In this document: positions 50,260 to 64,000 of the stretch, piece after piece
Position numbering within the stretch: the stretch's first letter is position 1
How the letters are laid out: the number at the start of each line of letters is the position of its first letter
Source: the human T2T-CHM13v2.0 reference genome, Homo sapiens
Length of the DNA: 64,000 bases
Assembly (NCBI RefSeq): GCF_009914755.1
Contig: NC_060947.1
Strand: one strand, 5' to 3'
Notes under the pieces: model-generated
What the model saw: only the letters and a program-made list of their open reading frames with translations
Databases searched by the model: none
What the model was told of the DNA's origin: nothing
Made by a program: the position numbers and the translations under genes

Positions 50260-50955
50260 TGTAATGATCGAGAGTAGGAGTTTGATCTCAAATCTCAGCT
50301 AGAACCTCAGAATGGCCACTTACCACCTGTGTGATCTTGCATAAATTAGATAATCTAAGTCTCAGTTTCCTCAGGTATAAAATGGCGGTAATAACAATAA
50401 TTAACACATGATTATTCCAAGAATTATATGAAATCTATGCATGTAAAGCACTTAGCATAATGGCTGACAAATAAAAGGTACTAGAGAATGAATATTTTCT
50501 TCCTTCCATGCTTTCTGAGACCAGGAACCTTCTGTGGTAGAAAAATCTCAACTGCTCTAATGTTTTACATGTATTTATTCCTGTAAGGCTGCTACAAAGG
50601 AACTCTTACTGAACCACTGGGCCCTCTCGGGGTTGTGGCCTGGAGTAGCCCATCTGTCTCTGACAAGCCCATCCCTATCCTTTCCAATATAGCATCATTT
50701 TTTTTTTTTTTTGAGTGTGGACTCTGGAGTTAGATAGATCTGGGCTGGAATCCAAGCTCACCTACTTGGTGGCTGTATAACGTTCGGCAAATCATTTAAC
50801 CCATCTATGTCTCAATTACCCCATCTGTAAAATAAAGATAATAATATGAAGTTACCTTTTGGGATTATTGAGAGAATCCAATGAGTTGATACATGTAAAG
50901 AATTCAGAATAACGTCTGGCACATGGTAAGTGCCCCAAAAGTGGTAGCTATATTA
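50260..50955 (+). mobile_element. Two MIR fragments (~50260-50490 and ~50715-50955)
   Basis: ctcagtttcctcaggtataaaatgg; ctcaattaccccatctgtaaaat...catgtaaag..ctggcacatggtaagtgc. Confidence 0.8.
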
Positions 50956-51139
50956 TAATCTATATTATTATCTCTATGCCGGCTCCCATTCTCTCAGGGA
51001 CCTGATGGGTATCAAGTGGCTCATCTGACAAAATCATATAAACAGACACTTAATGAATGGTTTAGGTGTCTCCTCCCTACCTGCCCCATAAAACCAAACG
51101 TACCATTAGTACCAGAGTATGGGTACTAAGATCATTTAA

Positions 51140-51590
51140 AAACGTGATCCCCAAATTTTTGACACTCCTCTCATTGACAGTTGATGCCTAGTCCCTTCCC
51201 CTTGAATTTGGATTCTGAGAATGTCTGACCAATAGAATATGGTAGAAGTGACACTGTGTCAGTTTCTGGGCCTATATCTGAAGAAACTGGCATCTTCCTA
51301 TTCTGGGAGTGTTTGTTCTTGGAATCCAGCCACATGCTGTGAGAAAGCCCATGCAGAGGTTCCTGTGGAGAGGAATCAAGGCTCCTGGCTTTCCACCCTG
51401 GCTGGACTCCCACCTGACAGCCAATACCACTTTGCCAGCCAATGCTAGTGAGCCATCTTGGATACAGGTCCTCTAGCTCCCAGTTGAGCTGCCCCAGCTG
51501 ATACCACATGATACTACTGTGACAAACATTGTCCATGTTGTAGATCAGTGACCAACATAAATGTTGTTGTTTTAAGTTACCGGAATAGAA
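51140..51590 (+). mobile_element. MLT1G/H-like MaLR LTR
   Basis: tgaccaatagaatatggtagaagtgacactgtg...gtgagccatcttgga...aaatgttgttgttttaag. Confidence 0.8.
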
Positions 51591-52516
51591 AATCAGAATA
51601 CAGGCTATGGGCATCTGGCCAGTAGAATGGGGGAGATCTTTTGGGGACACGCTGTTCCATGCTCTGCCAACTACACCATGTAAGTGGTAACTGGTTCTAT
51701 CCATTTGTAGGATTGATCTTTGGCTGAATTATGAGACGAAATTATCATGAGATGTGATTATTAAGTGTATTGTTTCAGTTTTTAGAAAAAAATACACAAA
51801 GTTTTTTGACCCAACATTTGGACATTATTAACTAAATATTGATTCCTTCAATGCCAAATCTAATTCCTCCCCCATAACCTACATCTCAGAAATAATATAA
51901 CAGTCTATCCAATTACTCAAGTAAAAAAATGTAGGGGTCACCCAGGAATCCTCCCTTTCTCTGAGTCCTCACATTCAGTTCACTAGAAAGTGCTGTTGGC
52001 TCTATCTTCAAAATGTACGCTAAATCTGTCCTTTTTTCTCCATCCCCACTGCCACCAACCTAGTCCAAACTACCGTTTTGTCTTATTTGGACTAACCTTC
52101 TGTATTGGGCACAAACTTGTGTACCTTCTTAGATTCTTTTCCAAGATGCTATCTGCTTTGCAAACTGTGCTGCTACCATTTCAGGTTTTTTTTGGCATCC
52201 CTTGTGAGCTCCCAGAGCTACGTGGTATTCTAAGTTGAAGCCTTGCACGTGAACGGCCTTCACATTCTACACCCTGAGCCTATCAGTGCCAAGTTATCAC
52301 TCCACTTCCATACTTGGGTAAAATGCCATACCATGGGTATGGGATTTGGCTTTGTGAGAAGCTGTCAAGGGACCAAATGATGCAACCTAGAAGTGAAGGA
52401 GATTCGGGTCTCTGGGGTATGAACCTTAACTCATGGAAATCAAGAGGCATGAGGGAGCCAGGCAGACAGTTCACTTCACCCTTATAAAACTACTCTAAAA
52501 TATGTGTGTTTGTGCA

Positions 52517-52522
<6 letters not shown>

Positions 52523-52563
<41 letters not shown>
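52523..52563. repeat. (TG)n microsatellite
   Basis: Pure TG run. Confidence 0.95.
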
Positions 52564-52564
<1 letters not shown>

Positions 52565-52567
<3 letters not shown>

Positions 52568-55450
52568 CTTTCAACCATTCTGGAAAAAGTCCCATGTGCT
52601 GAGCAAACATACCTGGCAAGTGACTTGTGATTTTTTGAAGTAATGGCCAGTGAGGTAATACATTGCATCACATTGGTTTGCATCTTTTTTGCCTGACTTA
52701 CCCTTTTTCATCACCCCTGTTGCTTTGGGTTTGCACACACTCAAATGGTTAGTACTTGAATTATTGTTCAGACTCTGTTTTCTAGAGGACCCTGGCAAAG
52801 ACATTTGATATTAGAAGTGGTTCTGTAAAACAGACAGGATAGGATTTTGGAATTGGATTTTTCACTTGTCTAAAAGCAATAGGGACCCTATTGCTGGTGA
52901 TAAGTGGTATGGCCATAACCCTGGCATGAAGTGACTTTGCAAATACTTGAGCTTTTCCCGTGGTATGTGCTATTTTATTAGAATGACGTGTAGGTGGAGG
53001 GAAAGATATGGGGAGGTCAAGTGGCTTTGATGCCTAACTGATATATAAACAATGTTATTAATAAGGATTTTGGAGTAGAATGGCTGATTTGAAGGCAGTA
53101 GCAGCTCTGCCTCTATAGCAGCTTTAAAGGAGAGTCTTACCTCCCACAGCTGTAGGGACAGAATGTATTAAAAACTAGACTCAAGATCTGATAATAAGGG
53201 TGACAGAACTGTGAAGACGACTAAATGTCCAACCTTGTCAGGTTCATTAAGCCAAAATCAGATAGGAAAAGAATGGAACATGGAGATCTGGGATATATAT
53301 GAACCCAAGTGTTATGACCTCTCATATTTCTCTGAACGTGCTTTTTTTTTTTTTTCTAGTTGAAGCAGCTCTTTTCCCTTGCCAGAGAAGAATAACTTCT
53401 CTTTTCATGGAGACCAGGTAATGATTTCATGTGAAGAAGGTTCCTTGTGAGATGGTATTTTTTTTCTCAAGATCCACCCTACCATCCTCATTGCCTCCTG
53501 GTAAGTAACCAGAATCAGATTTCATCACAGCTTGGAGAGAGAAGCAATTATTCTGTGCTTATTAATGAGGAGAGTCAAAAGCAGTTCATAATCTCAAAAC
53601 ATCTGAATTATTTGCATGAAAGAAGCCAGGCATACACACAAAATGCATACGGAACGATTCCATTTATATGACTTTCAAGAACAGGCAATACAAGTCTATG
53701 GAGAAAGAAATCAGAAAGTGGTTGCCTCTGGGTGGGCATAAGGGGATTAACTAGAAAGGGCATGAAGGAACTTTCTGGAGTGATGGAAACGTTACATATC
53801 TTGTTCTGAGTGGTTACATGGGTACATAAACTGTCAAAACTAAAGTTTACTGAGTTAAAGTTTGCTGAGTTGCAATGTTATCACAAACTTAGCACCTAAA
53901 AAACCCATACATGTACTATCTCCTAGTTTCCTCCAGGAATCTGGTGTTGGCTTAGCTGAGTCCTCTGTTCAGGGCCAGAAAGCTGCAATCAAGGTGTTGG
54001 CCAGGTTGCATTCCTTTTTGGAGCTTGGGATCCTCTTTCAAGCTTACATGGTTGTTGGTAGAATTAAATTCCTTGCAGCTATAGGACTGAGATCCCTGTT
54101 TTCTTTCTGGTTGTTGCCCAGAGACCTCTCAGTCCTAGAGACTGCCCACAGTTCCTTGCCACATGTCCCTCTCACAGGTCATTTTACAACATTGCAGTTT
54201 AGTTCTTTCTTCTGTTTTTTTTTTTTTAGAGACAGTATAGGGTCTTTCTGTGTCTCACTCTGTTGCCCAGGCTGGAGCATAGCGGCAACATCATAGCTCA
54301 CTGTAACTTCAAACTCCTGGGCTTAAGTGATCCTCCTGCCTCAGCCTCCCCAGTAACTAGGACTGCAGATACACCCCACCAGACCTGGCTAATATAGTTT
54401 AGTTCTTAAAGGCCAGCAGGAGAAACTCTCACTTCAGCCTGGCAAGATTGAGTCTTATATATAATGTAACATAATCATGGGAGGGATTATCCCATTGCTG
54501 TTGCCATACACTATTGCCTAGAAGCAAGTGGCAAGTTCCACCTATACTCAAGGGGAGGGAATTATACAAGTGTGACTCATGAGGGGGCCTTAGAGTGTCT
54601 CCACTACAGGCATCAAATGACTGTGCAGTATGAGTTTCTCATAATAAATTGGGTGTAGTCTCATCTACCAAGCTATAAGGATGGGCATGAGCAGCAACAA
54701 TCTATCGTGGCCTAGGCTTAAGCGCATTTAGTAGGCATGAATAAAATGTAGGAGCAGATGGCCCAGACAGAAGTCACCTGTTTCCACTGCACCACCACTC
54801 CTCTTTCAGCCCACATCTATGTTGCATCATGTTGAGGGGTCTGCTGCTGTCATCTGATAGAGAAGGAAAGGATTCAGGCCTAATTCACAGATGGGTCAGT
54901 GCAATATGTTGGCACTATGTGGAAGGGGATTGCTATCTCATTATATCCCCACTCTACAGTAGCTCTGAAGAACAATGGTGAAGGAAGTACTCCCAGTGGG
55001 TAGGCTTCCTATCACTAAAGCTGACCTAGCACCTGCCACAGCAAAGATCCATAGCTAAAATCTCAACCTGCCAGCAGCTCTCCATCCAGCATCATTCTTT
55101 AGGGAGACCAACTGGCTACCTGATGTCAGGTCAATTACTTAGGTCCTTTCTATCCTGAAGGGGACAGCAATTCTTCTTCAGCAGAATGGTTATCTATTCT
55201 AGATATGGATTGGCCTTTTCTGCCCACGTGGCCTATGCTGGCACCACTGTCTGAGGGCTTACAGAATGCTTGGTATAATAATAGGACAAGCTGTTGGAGT
55301 CTCAGCCAAGGTGCCAGAAGGAGGATAAAACTTTGTAGGGCTGGCAGATATATATTAAATGCAGGGATGTGGTACATGCCTTGGTCCCCTGGTCAGTATA
55401 CAGTACCGAATCCTTTATAGTTAGAATACACAGATCCAGGAATCTGAGTC
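52565..55450 (+). mobile_element. Decayed ERV-L provirus: LTR 3' end (to 52803), leader/gag, RNase H and integrase fragments
   Basis: LTR end cagactctgttttctagaggaccctggcaaagaca; RNase H IQA*FTDGSVQYVG (HERV-L RAWFTDGSARYAG) near 54870-54915; integrase GDQLAT*CQVNYLGP..GLTECL near 55103-55272. Confidence 0.8.
53860..54610 (-). mobile_element. MLT1-type LTR (with Alu monomer 54205-54392) inserted in the ERV-L
   Basis: ggcttagctgagtcctctgttcaggg..ctgcaatcaaggtgttggccagg..gttgttggtagaattaaattccttgcagct. Confidence 0.75.
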
Positions 55451-55679
55451 AGGAAGAAAATTCCTGTAATTACTGTAGGAAGTGGGAGTATCCCTGACAC
55501 CTTGGTGGGGTAACAGCAGTGATAGCAGCAGAGACATTGGGTATGTTGATGGCAGCCATAGCTGTTGCCAGAGGCAACCAAGCATTCAAACAAAGAATGA
55601 CATTGTCAGAAGCATCTGGAACAGCTTAACAGCAGTTAAAGAGAGTGGAAGAATCAGGTAAATGGAATGAACTTTGGGG

Positions 55680-55945
55680 TTCTGGGTGCAGTGAAAGGAG
55701 CTAGAGCTCCAGAATCATAGAGATCTAACTCTAAATCCTGGTTTTACAAATTACCTGCATGACTTTGGGCAAATGACTTTACCTTCTTATTCTCATTTCC
55801 TATACCTATAAAACAGAGATAATAATAGTGCCTATCCACAGGGTTATTGTGAGAATTCATAAATATTTGTAGTGATCTTTGTAAGATGCTTAGAACAGTG
55901 CCTGGCAAAGACGGGAGTTCAACAAAATTATGTATGCAATTAACA
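55680..55945 (+). mobile_element. MIR
   Basis: gactttgggcaaatgacttta...ggttattgtgagaatt...cttagaacagtgcctggca. Confidence 0.85.
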
Positions 55946-56025
55946 TACATCTCATTTTAAGATAGACATGGTATGACTTTAAAACAATGAGATGAAATTG
56001 TTCCAAAAACTACTTGAAGGAGCTT

Positions 56026-58850
56026 CTTTTTTATTTTTTATTTTTGTTTCATTAGTTTTTAGAGAACAGGTGGTTTTTTGTTACATGGATAAGTTATTTA
56101 GTGGTAATCTCTGAGATTTTGGTGCACCCATTACTCCAGCAATGTACACTGCACCCAACGTCTAGTCTTTAATTCCTCACCCACCTCCCACCCTTCCTCC
56201 CAAGTCCCCAAAGTCCATTATATTACTCTTAAGCTTTTGCATCCTCATAGCTTAGCTCCTGCTTATAAGTGAAACATGCGATGTTTGGTTTTCCATTCCT
56301 GAGTTACTTCACTTAGAATAATGGTCTCCAACTCCATTCAGGTTGCTGCGAATGCCATTATTTCATTTCTTTTTATGGTTGAGTAGTATTCCATGGTGTA
56401 TATATACCACATTTTCTTAATCCACTAGTTGGTCGATGGGTATTTAGGTTGGTTCCTTATTTTTGCAATTGCGAATTGTGCTGCTATTATAAACATGCGT
56501 GTGCAAGTATCTTTTTCATATAATGACTTATTTTCCTCTGGGTAGATTCCCAGTAGTGGGATTGCTGAATCAGATGGTAGTTCTACATTTACTTCTTTAA
56601 GGAGTCTTCATACTGTTTTCCATAGTGGTTGTACTAGTTTACATTCCCACCAGCAGTGTAAAAGTGTTCCCTTTTCACCATATCAATGCCAATATCTGTT
56701 ATTTTTTAGTTTAAATTATGGCTATTCTTGCAGGAGTAAGGTGGTATCTCATTGTCATTTTAATTTGCATTTCTTTGATCATTAGTGATGTTGAGCATTT
56801 TTTCATGTTTGTGGGCTATTTGTACATCTTCTATTGAGAATTGTCTATTCATGCTGTGTGCTCACTTTTTGAAGGGGTTATTTTTTTTTTCTTGCTAGTT
56901 TATTTGAGTTCCTTGTAGATTCTGAGCATTAGTCCTTCCCTGGATGCATAGTTTTGTGAATATTTTCTCCCATTCTGTGCGTTGTCTGTTTACTCTGCTG
57001 ATTATTTCTTTTTCTGTGCAGAAGCTTTTTAGTTTGATTAGGTTCCATGTACTTATTTTTGTTTCCGTTGCATTTGCTTTTGGGTTCTTGGTCATAAACT
57101 CTTTGCCTAAGCCAACATCTAGAAGAGTTTTACTGACGTTACCTTCTAGAATTTTTATGGTTTCAGGTCTTAGATCTAAGTCTTTGATTCATCTTGAGTT
57201 GATTGTTGTATAAGGTGAGAGATGAGGATCCAGTTTCATTCTTCTACATGTGTCTTGCCAGTTTTCCCAGCACCATTTATTGAATAGGGTGTCCTTTCCC
57301 CAATTTATGTCTTTGTATGCTTTGCCGCAGATCAGTTGGCTGTAAGTATTTGACTTTATTTCTGTATTCTCTATTCTGTTCCATTGGTCTACATGTCTGT
57401 TTTTATACCTGTACCATGCTGGTTTGGTAATTACTGCCTTGTAGTATAGCTTGAAGTTACGTAATGTGATGGCTCCAGATTTGTTCTTTTTGCTTAGTGT
57501 TGCTTTGGCTATGCAGGCTCTTTTTTGGTTTCATATGAATTTTAGGGTTGTTTTTACTAGCTCTGTGAAGAATGATGATGGTACTTTGATGGGAATTGCA
57601 TTGAATTTGTAGATTACTCTTGGCAATATGGTGATTTTTCACAATATTGATTCTTCCCATCCATGAGCATGGGATGTGTTTCCATTTGTTTGTGTTAATC
57701 AATGATTTGTTTCAGCAGTGTTTTGTAGTTTTCCTTGTAGAGATCTTTCACCTCTTTGGCTAGGTATATTCCTAAGTTGTTGTTGTTGTTGTTGTTGTTT
57801 TTTGCAGCTGCTGTAAAAGGGGTTGACTTGATTCTCAGTTTGGTCGCTCTTGGTGTATAGCATATAGCAGGGTAAATTTATTTTGTAAAGGAAACTTTAC
57901 CGAATTCATTTATCAGATCTAGGAGCTTTTTGGATGAGTCTTTAGGGTTTTCTAGGTATATGATTGTATCACTGGCAAACAGTGACAGTTTGACTTCCTT
58001 TTTACTGATTTGGATGCCCTTTATTTCTTTCTCTTGTCTAATTGCTCTGGCTAGGACTTCCAGTACTATTTTGAACAGAAGTGGTGAAAGTAGGCATCCT
58101 TGTCTTGATCCAGTTCTCAGGAATGGAACAATGCTTTCAACTTTTCCCAATTCAGTATAATGTTGGCTGTGGGTTTGTCATAGGTGGCTTTTATTACATT
58201 GAGGTATGTCCCCTATATGCTGATTTTGCTGAGGGTTTTAATCGTAAAGGGATGCTGGATTTTGTCAAATGCTTTTTCTGCTTCTGTTGAAATGATCATA
58301 TGATTTTTGTTTTTAACTTTATGTGATGTATCACATTTATTGACTTGCATATATTAAACAATCTCACCATCCCTGATATGAAACCCACTTGATCATGCTG
58401 TATTCTCTTTTTGATATGCTATTAGATTCAATTACAGCTAGTATTTTTTGAGGATTTTTGCATCTATGTTCACCAGGGATATTGGTCTGTAGTTTTCTTT
58501 TTTTGTTATGTCCTTTCCTGGTTTTGGTATTAGGGTGACACTGGCTTCATAGAATGATTTAGGGAGGATTTCCTCTTTCTCTATCTTTTGGAATAGTGTC
58601 AATAGGATTGGTACCAATTCTTTTAATGTCTGATGGAATTCAGCTGTGAATCCATGTGGTCCGTGACTTTTTTTTGTTGGTAGCTTTTTAGTTATTTCAA
58701 TCTCGCTGCTTGTTATTGGCCTGTTCACAGTTTCTATTTCTTCCTGGCTTAATCTGGGAGGATTGTACATTTCCAGGAATTTATCCCTTTCTTCTGGTTT
58801 TCTAGTTTATGCCCATAAAGGTGTTCATAGTAGCCTTGAATGATATTCGT
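56026..58850 (-). mobile_element. 5'-truncated L1PB (~2.8 kb)
   Basis: T-tail, L1PB 3'UTR, ORF2 peptides [21 protein letters not shown] and [19 protein letters not shown]. Confidence 0.93.
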
Positions 58851-58854
58851 ATTT

Positions 58855-61190
<2,336 letters not shown>

Positions 61191-61208
61191 TCCCACTTCT
61201 GCACACCA
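61191..61208 (-). promoter_or_regulatory. Retroviral primer-binding site, tRNA-Leu type
   Basis: Plus strand tcccacttctgcacacca equals tRNA-Leu 3' end TCCCACTTCTGACACCA with one extra C; 4 nt from LTR end. Confidence 0.8.
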
Positions 61209-61212
61209 TTTA

Positions 61213-61655
61213 TGTCAACCTAAATAACAAACAGAGAGAGGCCCTCCAAAAGAAAATGATATGTATTCAGGAATAGAGCATTGCAATGTTAATATGTGTC
61301 CTAGTAAACTATGTGCGTTTTTGGGGAGGTAGATGAAGACAAAGTTTTTAAAAGAAAAATGAGGATTACTTAATTGTTTGGAGATACTTATCCTTGGCTA
61401 CAAGGATCAGTAACAAGGGTGGCATCACTCCAAGGCTGGACAGGCAGCTGATGGGCAGATATCCTTGCAGAAGTATTTTTGTGTGTGTGAGGTTGTGATG
61501 GCCTTTGTGCAAGGTTGTGGTTTTTGCAGTCTTTTCTGAAAGTTCTTGTTATCTGTCATTTATGCATGAGAATCCTCCCTTCATGGTCTTCCCTGGCTCT
61601 ATTTGTCATTTTTTTTTTCCACAGTGACTCCATTTTGATTCTGAGAACTTTCACA
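61213..61655 (-). mobile_element. ERV1 LTR (MER67-like), 5' LTR
   Basis: Minus strand tgtgaaagttctcagaatcaaaatggagtcac...tttaggttgaca; TG..CA ends. Confidence 0.8.
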
Positions 61656-61919
61656 GGAGTTCCCTACTCCATCATTTTCATAGATGTCACCTGGAATTTT
61701 TTCCTTCTTTTTCATGACCTTGACAGTTTTGGGGAGTACTGGTTAGGTATTTTTTAGAAAGTTCCTCCACTGATATTCGTATTATGTTTTTCTCATAATT
61801 ATGCTGGGGCTGTGGGATTTGGGAGGAACTCCACAGAAGTAAAGGGCTATTTTGACCACATTATATGACTGGTATGTACGATCAACATGACTTATCACTG
61901 TTAAGAAAAGGGGAAGTAG

Positions 61920-62720
61920 AATGTAGTGGTTTAGGGGTTTGGGCTCTCAAGTGAAACACATCTGAATTCAAACCCTAACTCCTCCACTTGCTTGGAGCTT
62001 TTCTGAACTTTGGAGCTTTTCTGAGCTTCAGTTTTCTCATGTGTAAAACAGATGTAATAATAGCAGCTACCTCATAGGGTTACTGTGGAGAAGCACATGA
62101 GAAGATTCATGTGAAGTGATTAACTTGATGTCTGGCACATAGTAAGTACTCAATATAGGTGAACTAGTAGAATAAGAGGATGCGTGTTTATGTGGGTAGG
62201 TGGATATATACAAGAAAAATTTATCAATTAGTATTAGGAGGACCTGAAATGATTTTTATTATTTAAAGCCATAATTTTATTGAAAGATTTGATGGGAAAC
62301 CCAGAGTTCCATGGGGAGATATTAGATAATATGGGAAATTTTGTACAATGGGGCATTACTCTGGAGGACAGGCATAGATGGTTACTGTAGTTTTAGTTCC
62401 TAGGTAGCTAGGGGATAGTATAAGGAATTCCTGACATTATATTATATTTGTGGTCAGGGAGGGACCCTAGAAGAAAAGAAAGGGGTGACAACTATGTAGT
62501 AGTTAAAAGCACTACTATTGAAATCATACAAACCAGGGATCAAATCCTAGCTTTCCATTCATAGGCTTTGTGCCCTTGGGTAAAGTGACTTAACTTCTCT
62601 CAGCTCTCAGTTTCCTCATCTGTAAAATGGAGACAATAAATTGAGTAGTAAATGAAATAATCCATGTAAATGACCCAAAGCATTTGGTGTCCCATAGTGC
62701 TCAGTCGATATTAGCTGCTC
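61920..62720 (+). mobile_element. Two MIR copies (~61920-62160, ~62490-62720)
   Basis: cttcagttttctcatgtgtaaaac..ctggcacatagtaagtactcaata; ctcagtttcctcatctgtaaaatgg. Confidence 0.85.
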
Positions 62721-63940
62721 TTTACTACCTTACAATCGTGACTTAGTCTGGGGACACCCAATAGAAGTCATAGGTCTTCAGATCAGAGAGGATTTTGTGC
62801 CAAGAACTGGCTTTAGGAAGCTTCGCCTTTCAAGATGGAGGATGTTTTGAGCTCCTTCTCTTTCTAGTCACAGTTTCTGGCTCAGGCCTGCTGCAAGCTG
62901 CCCTAGGGGCAGGGTGCTTTTATGATATTTGTGATGGCTAAAAATCGTTTTCTTAAAAAAAATACTTTTGATGTACAATAAGAAAGAAAATGGAAACCAC
63001 ATGGAAAATTTAGCCCATTCCAATACGTTCTTAGTCTCCCATTCTACATATTGCTAGGGCCTCTTCTGCAGATGATGGCTGAGAATATCCTCTGTAGAGC
63101 AATAAATCACAGAATCATTAAATGCATCCTTGCAGCTGCACCAGGGCTAGTTAGAGGCCTATTCAAGAAAAGGGCTTATGTGGAGGGGATTTTTCCTCCT
63201 TCTTTTAAAAAGCCACCTGTACCATTTTTGTCTTGGTTTTTAAGTGGATGATTTAAGATATCATTTTCTTCCTCTACTTCTATTTATGATGTACAAATAG
63301 TCCTTTGTTAATAGGGAAAGAAAAACACCACAAACTCAAATGCCAAACCTAATTAAGGCTCCTTAGAGAAAGTGTGCCTCTTTAACTTTCCAACTTCCTT
63401 TCTGAGTTAGTAATTTAGGGACTGGACAAGACACAGGTGGAAGGAATTGTTTCATCAACAGCTGGTGCAAAATCCCTCATATTCCTGGAAGTGCACCAGT
63501 TCAGGGTACAGAAATATCTGAGAGAACTAGGGCTAGTCTGGAAAGAGCATGTATTGTAATCTAAATGTTTTTCCTGTTGATTGGCAAACTCTCAAAAGTT
63601 CTTTGAGGCTAGGAGAGATAGCTTTGAGGAAAATATTGGAACCAGATCATGTAATCCAGATGTTGAAAACAAGGCCTTGAGAAAGAAAAAAAAGTCATTT
63701 TATTATAAATGAAGCCTTGAGGGGAAAATTCAATTTCTTTATAAACTAGACCTTGAGCAGGAAAAATCCTTTTATTGTAATCATATCAATTCTAGTTAGA
63801 TTCACATAATGAGGCTAACTGTGCAATTTGGTGAAGATGATGATCAGCCACGTAGAATGATTTAAAGAGTTCCAGAAGCACTTTCTCTCTACAATAAAGT
63901 CATCCCTACTCAGAGGTCATAGTGCCCGATATCCCTTCAT

Positions 63941-64000
63941 CAGTGTTTCTTAACCCTTTTTTGGTCAAGGACTTGCTTTAGAATCTGGTGAAAGCTACTG
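63941..64000. mobile_element. Start of hAT-Charlie MER element (runs off window)
   Basis: cagtgtttcttaacccttttttggtca...tagaatctggtgaaagcta. Confidence 0.55.

Noticed and set aside
51171-51704. 177-aa minus-strand ORF
   Set aside because: Mostly the antisense frame of the MLT1 LTR.
61191-61208. tRNA-Leu-like sequence as a tRNA gene
   Set aside because: Only the 3' 18 nt including CCA, adjacent to an LTR: a primer-binding site.
62720-63940. Unique-looking 1.2 kb near the window end
   Set aside because: No ORF, exon pair, RNA structure or homology I can support.

Overview
Primate, very likely human or great ape, genomic DNA (AluJ/S/Y, L1PA/L1PB, THE1, MSTA, MLT2A). It is CpG-poor, has no CpG island and has no recognisable intact protein-coding gene, so it reads as intergenic or intronic and is mostly interspersed repeats. 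Two decayed processed pseudogenes lie on the minus strand. One is a full-length MARCKSL1 retrocopy (18572-20876) sitting inside a MIR and split by an MLT1A LTR that itself carries an AluY. The other is a histone H3.3 (H3-3B type) retrocopy (44142-44850). Other landmarks are a complete THE1 element with TSD, a full-length ~7.7 kb L1PA with a foreign ~360 bp insert ending in a perfect hairpin, a twin-primed L1, two ERV-L fossils and an ERV1 5' half with a tRNA-Leu PBS. I found no convincing novel multi-gene system; the interesting signals are retrocopies and insertion or repair scars. Repeat subfamily names and parent-gene matches come from recalled sequences, not a database search, and boundaries of old elements are approximate.
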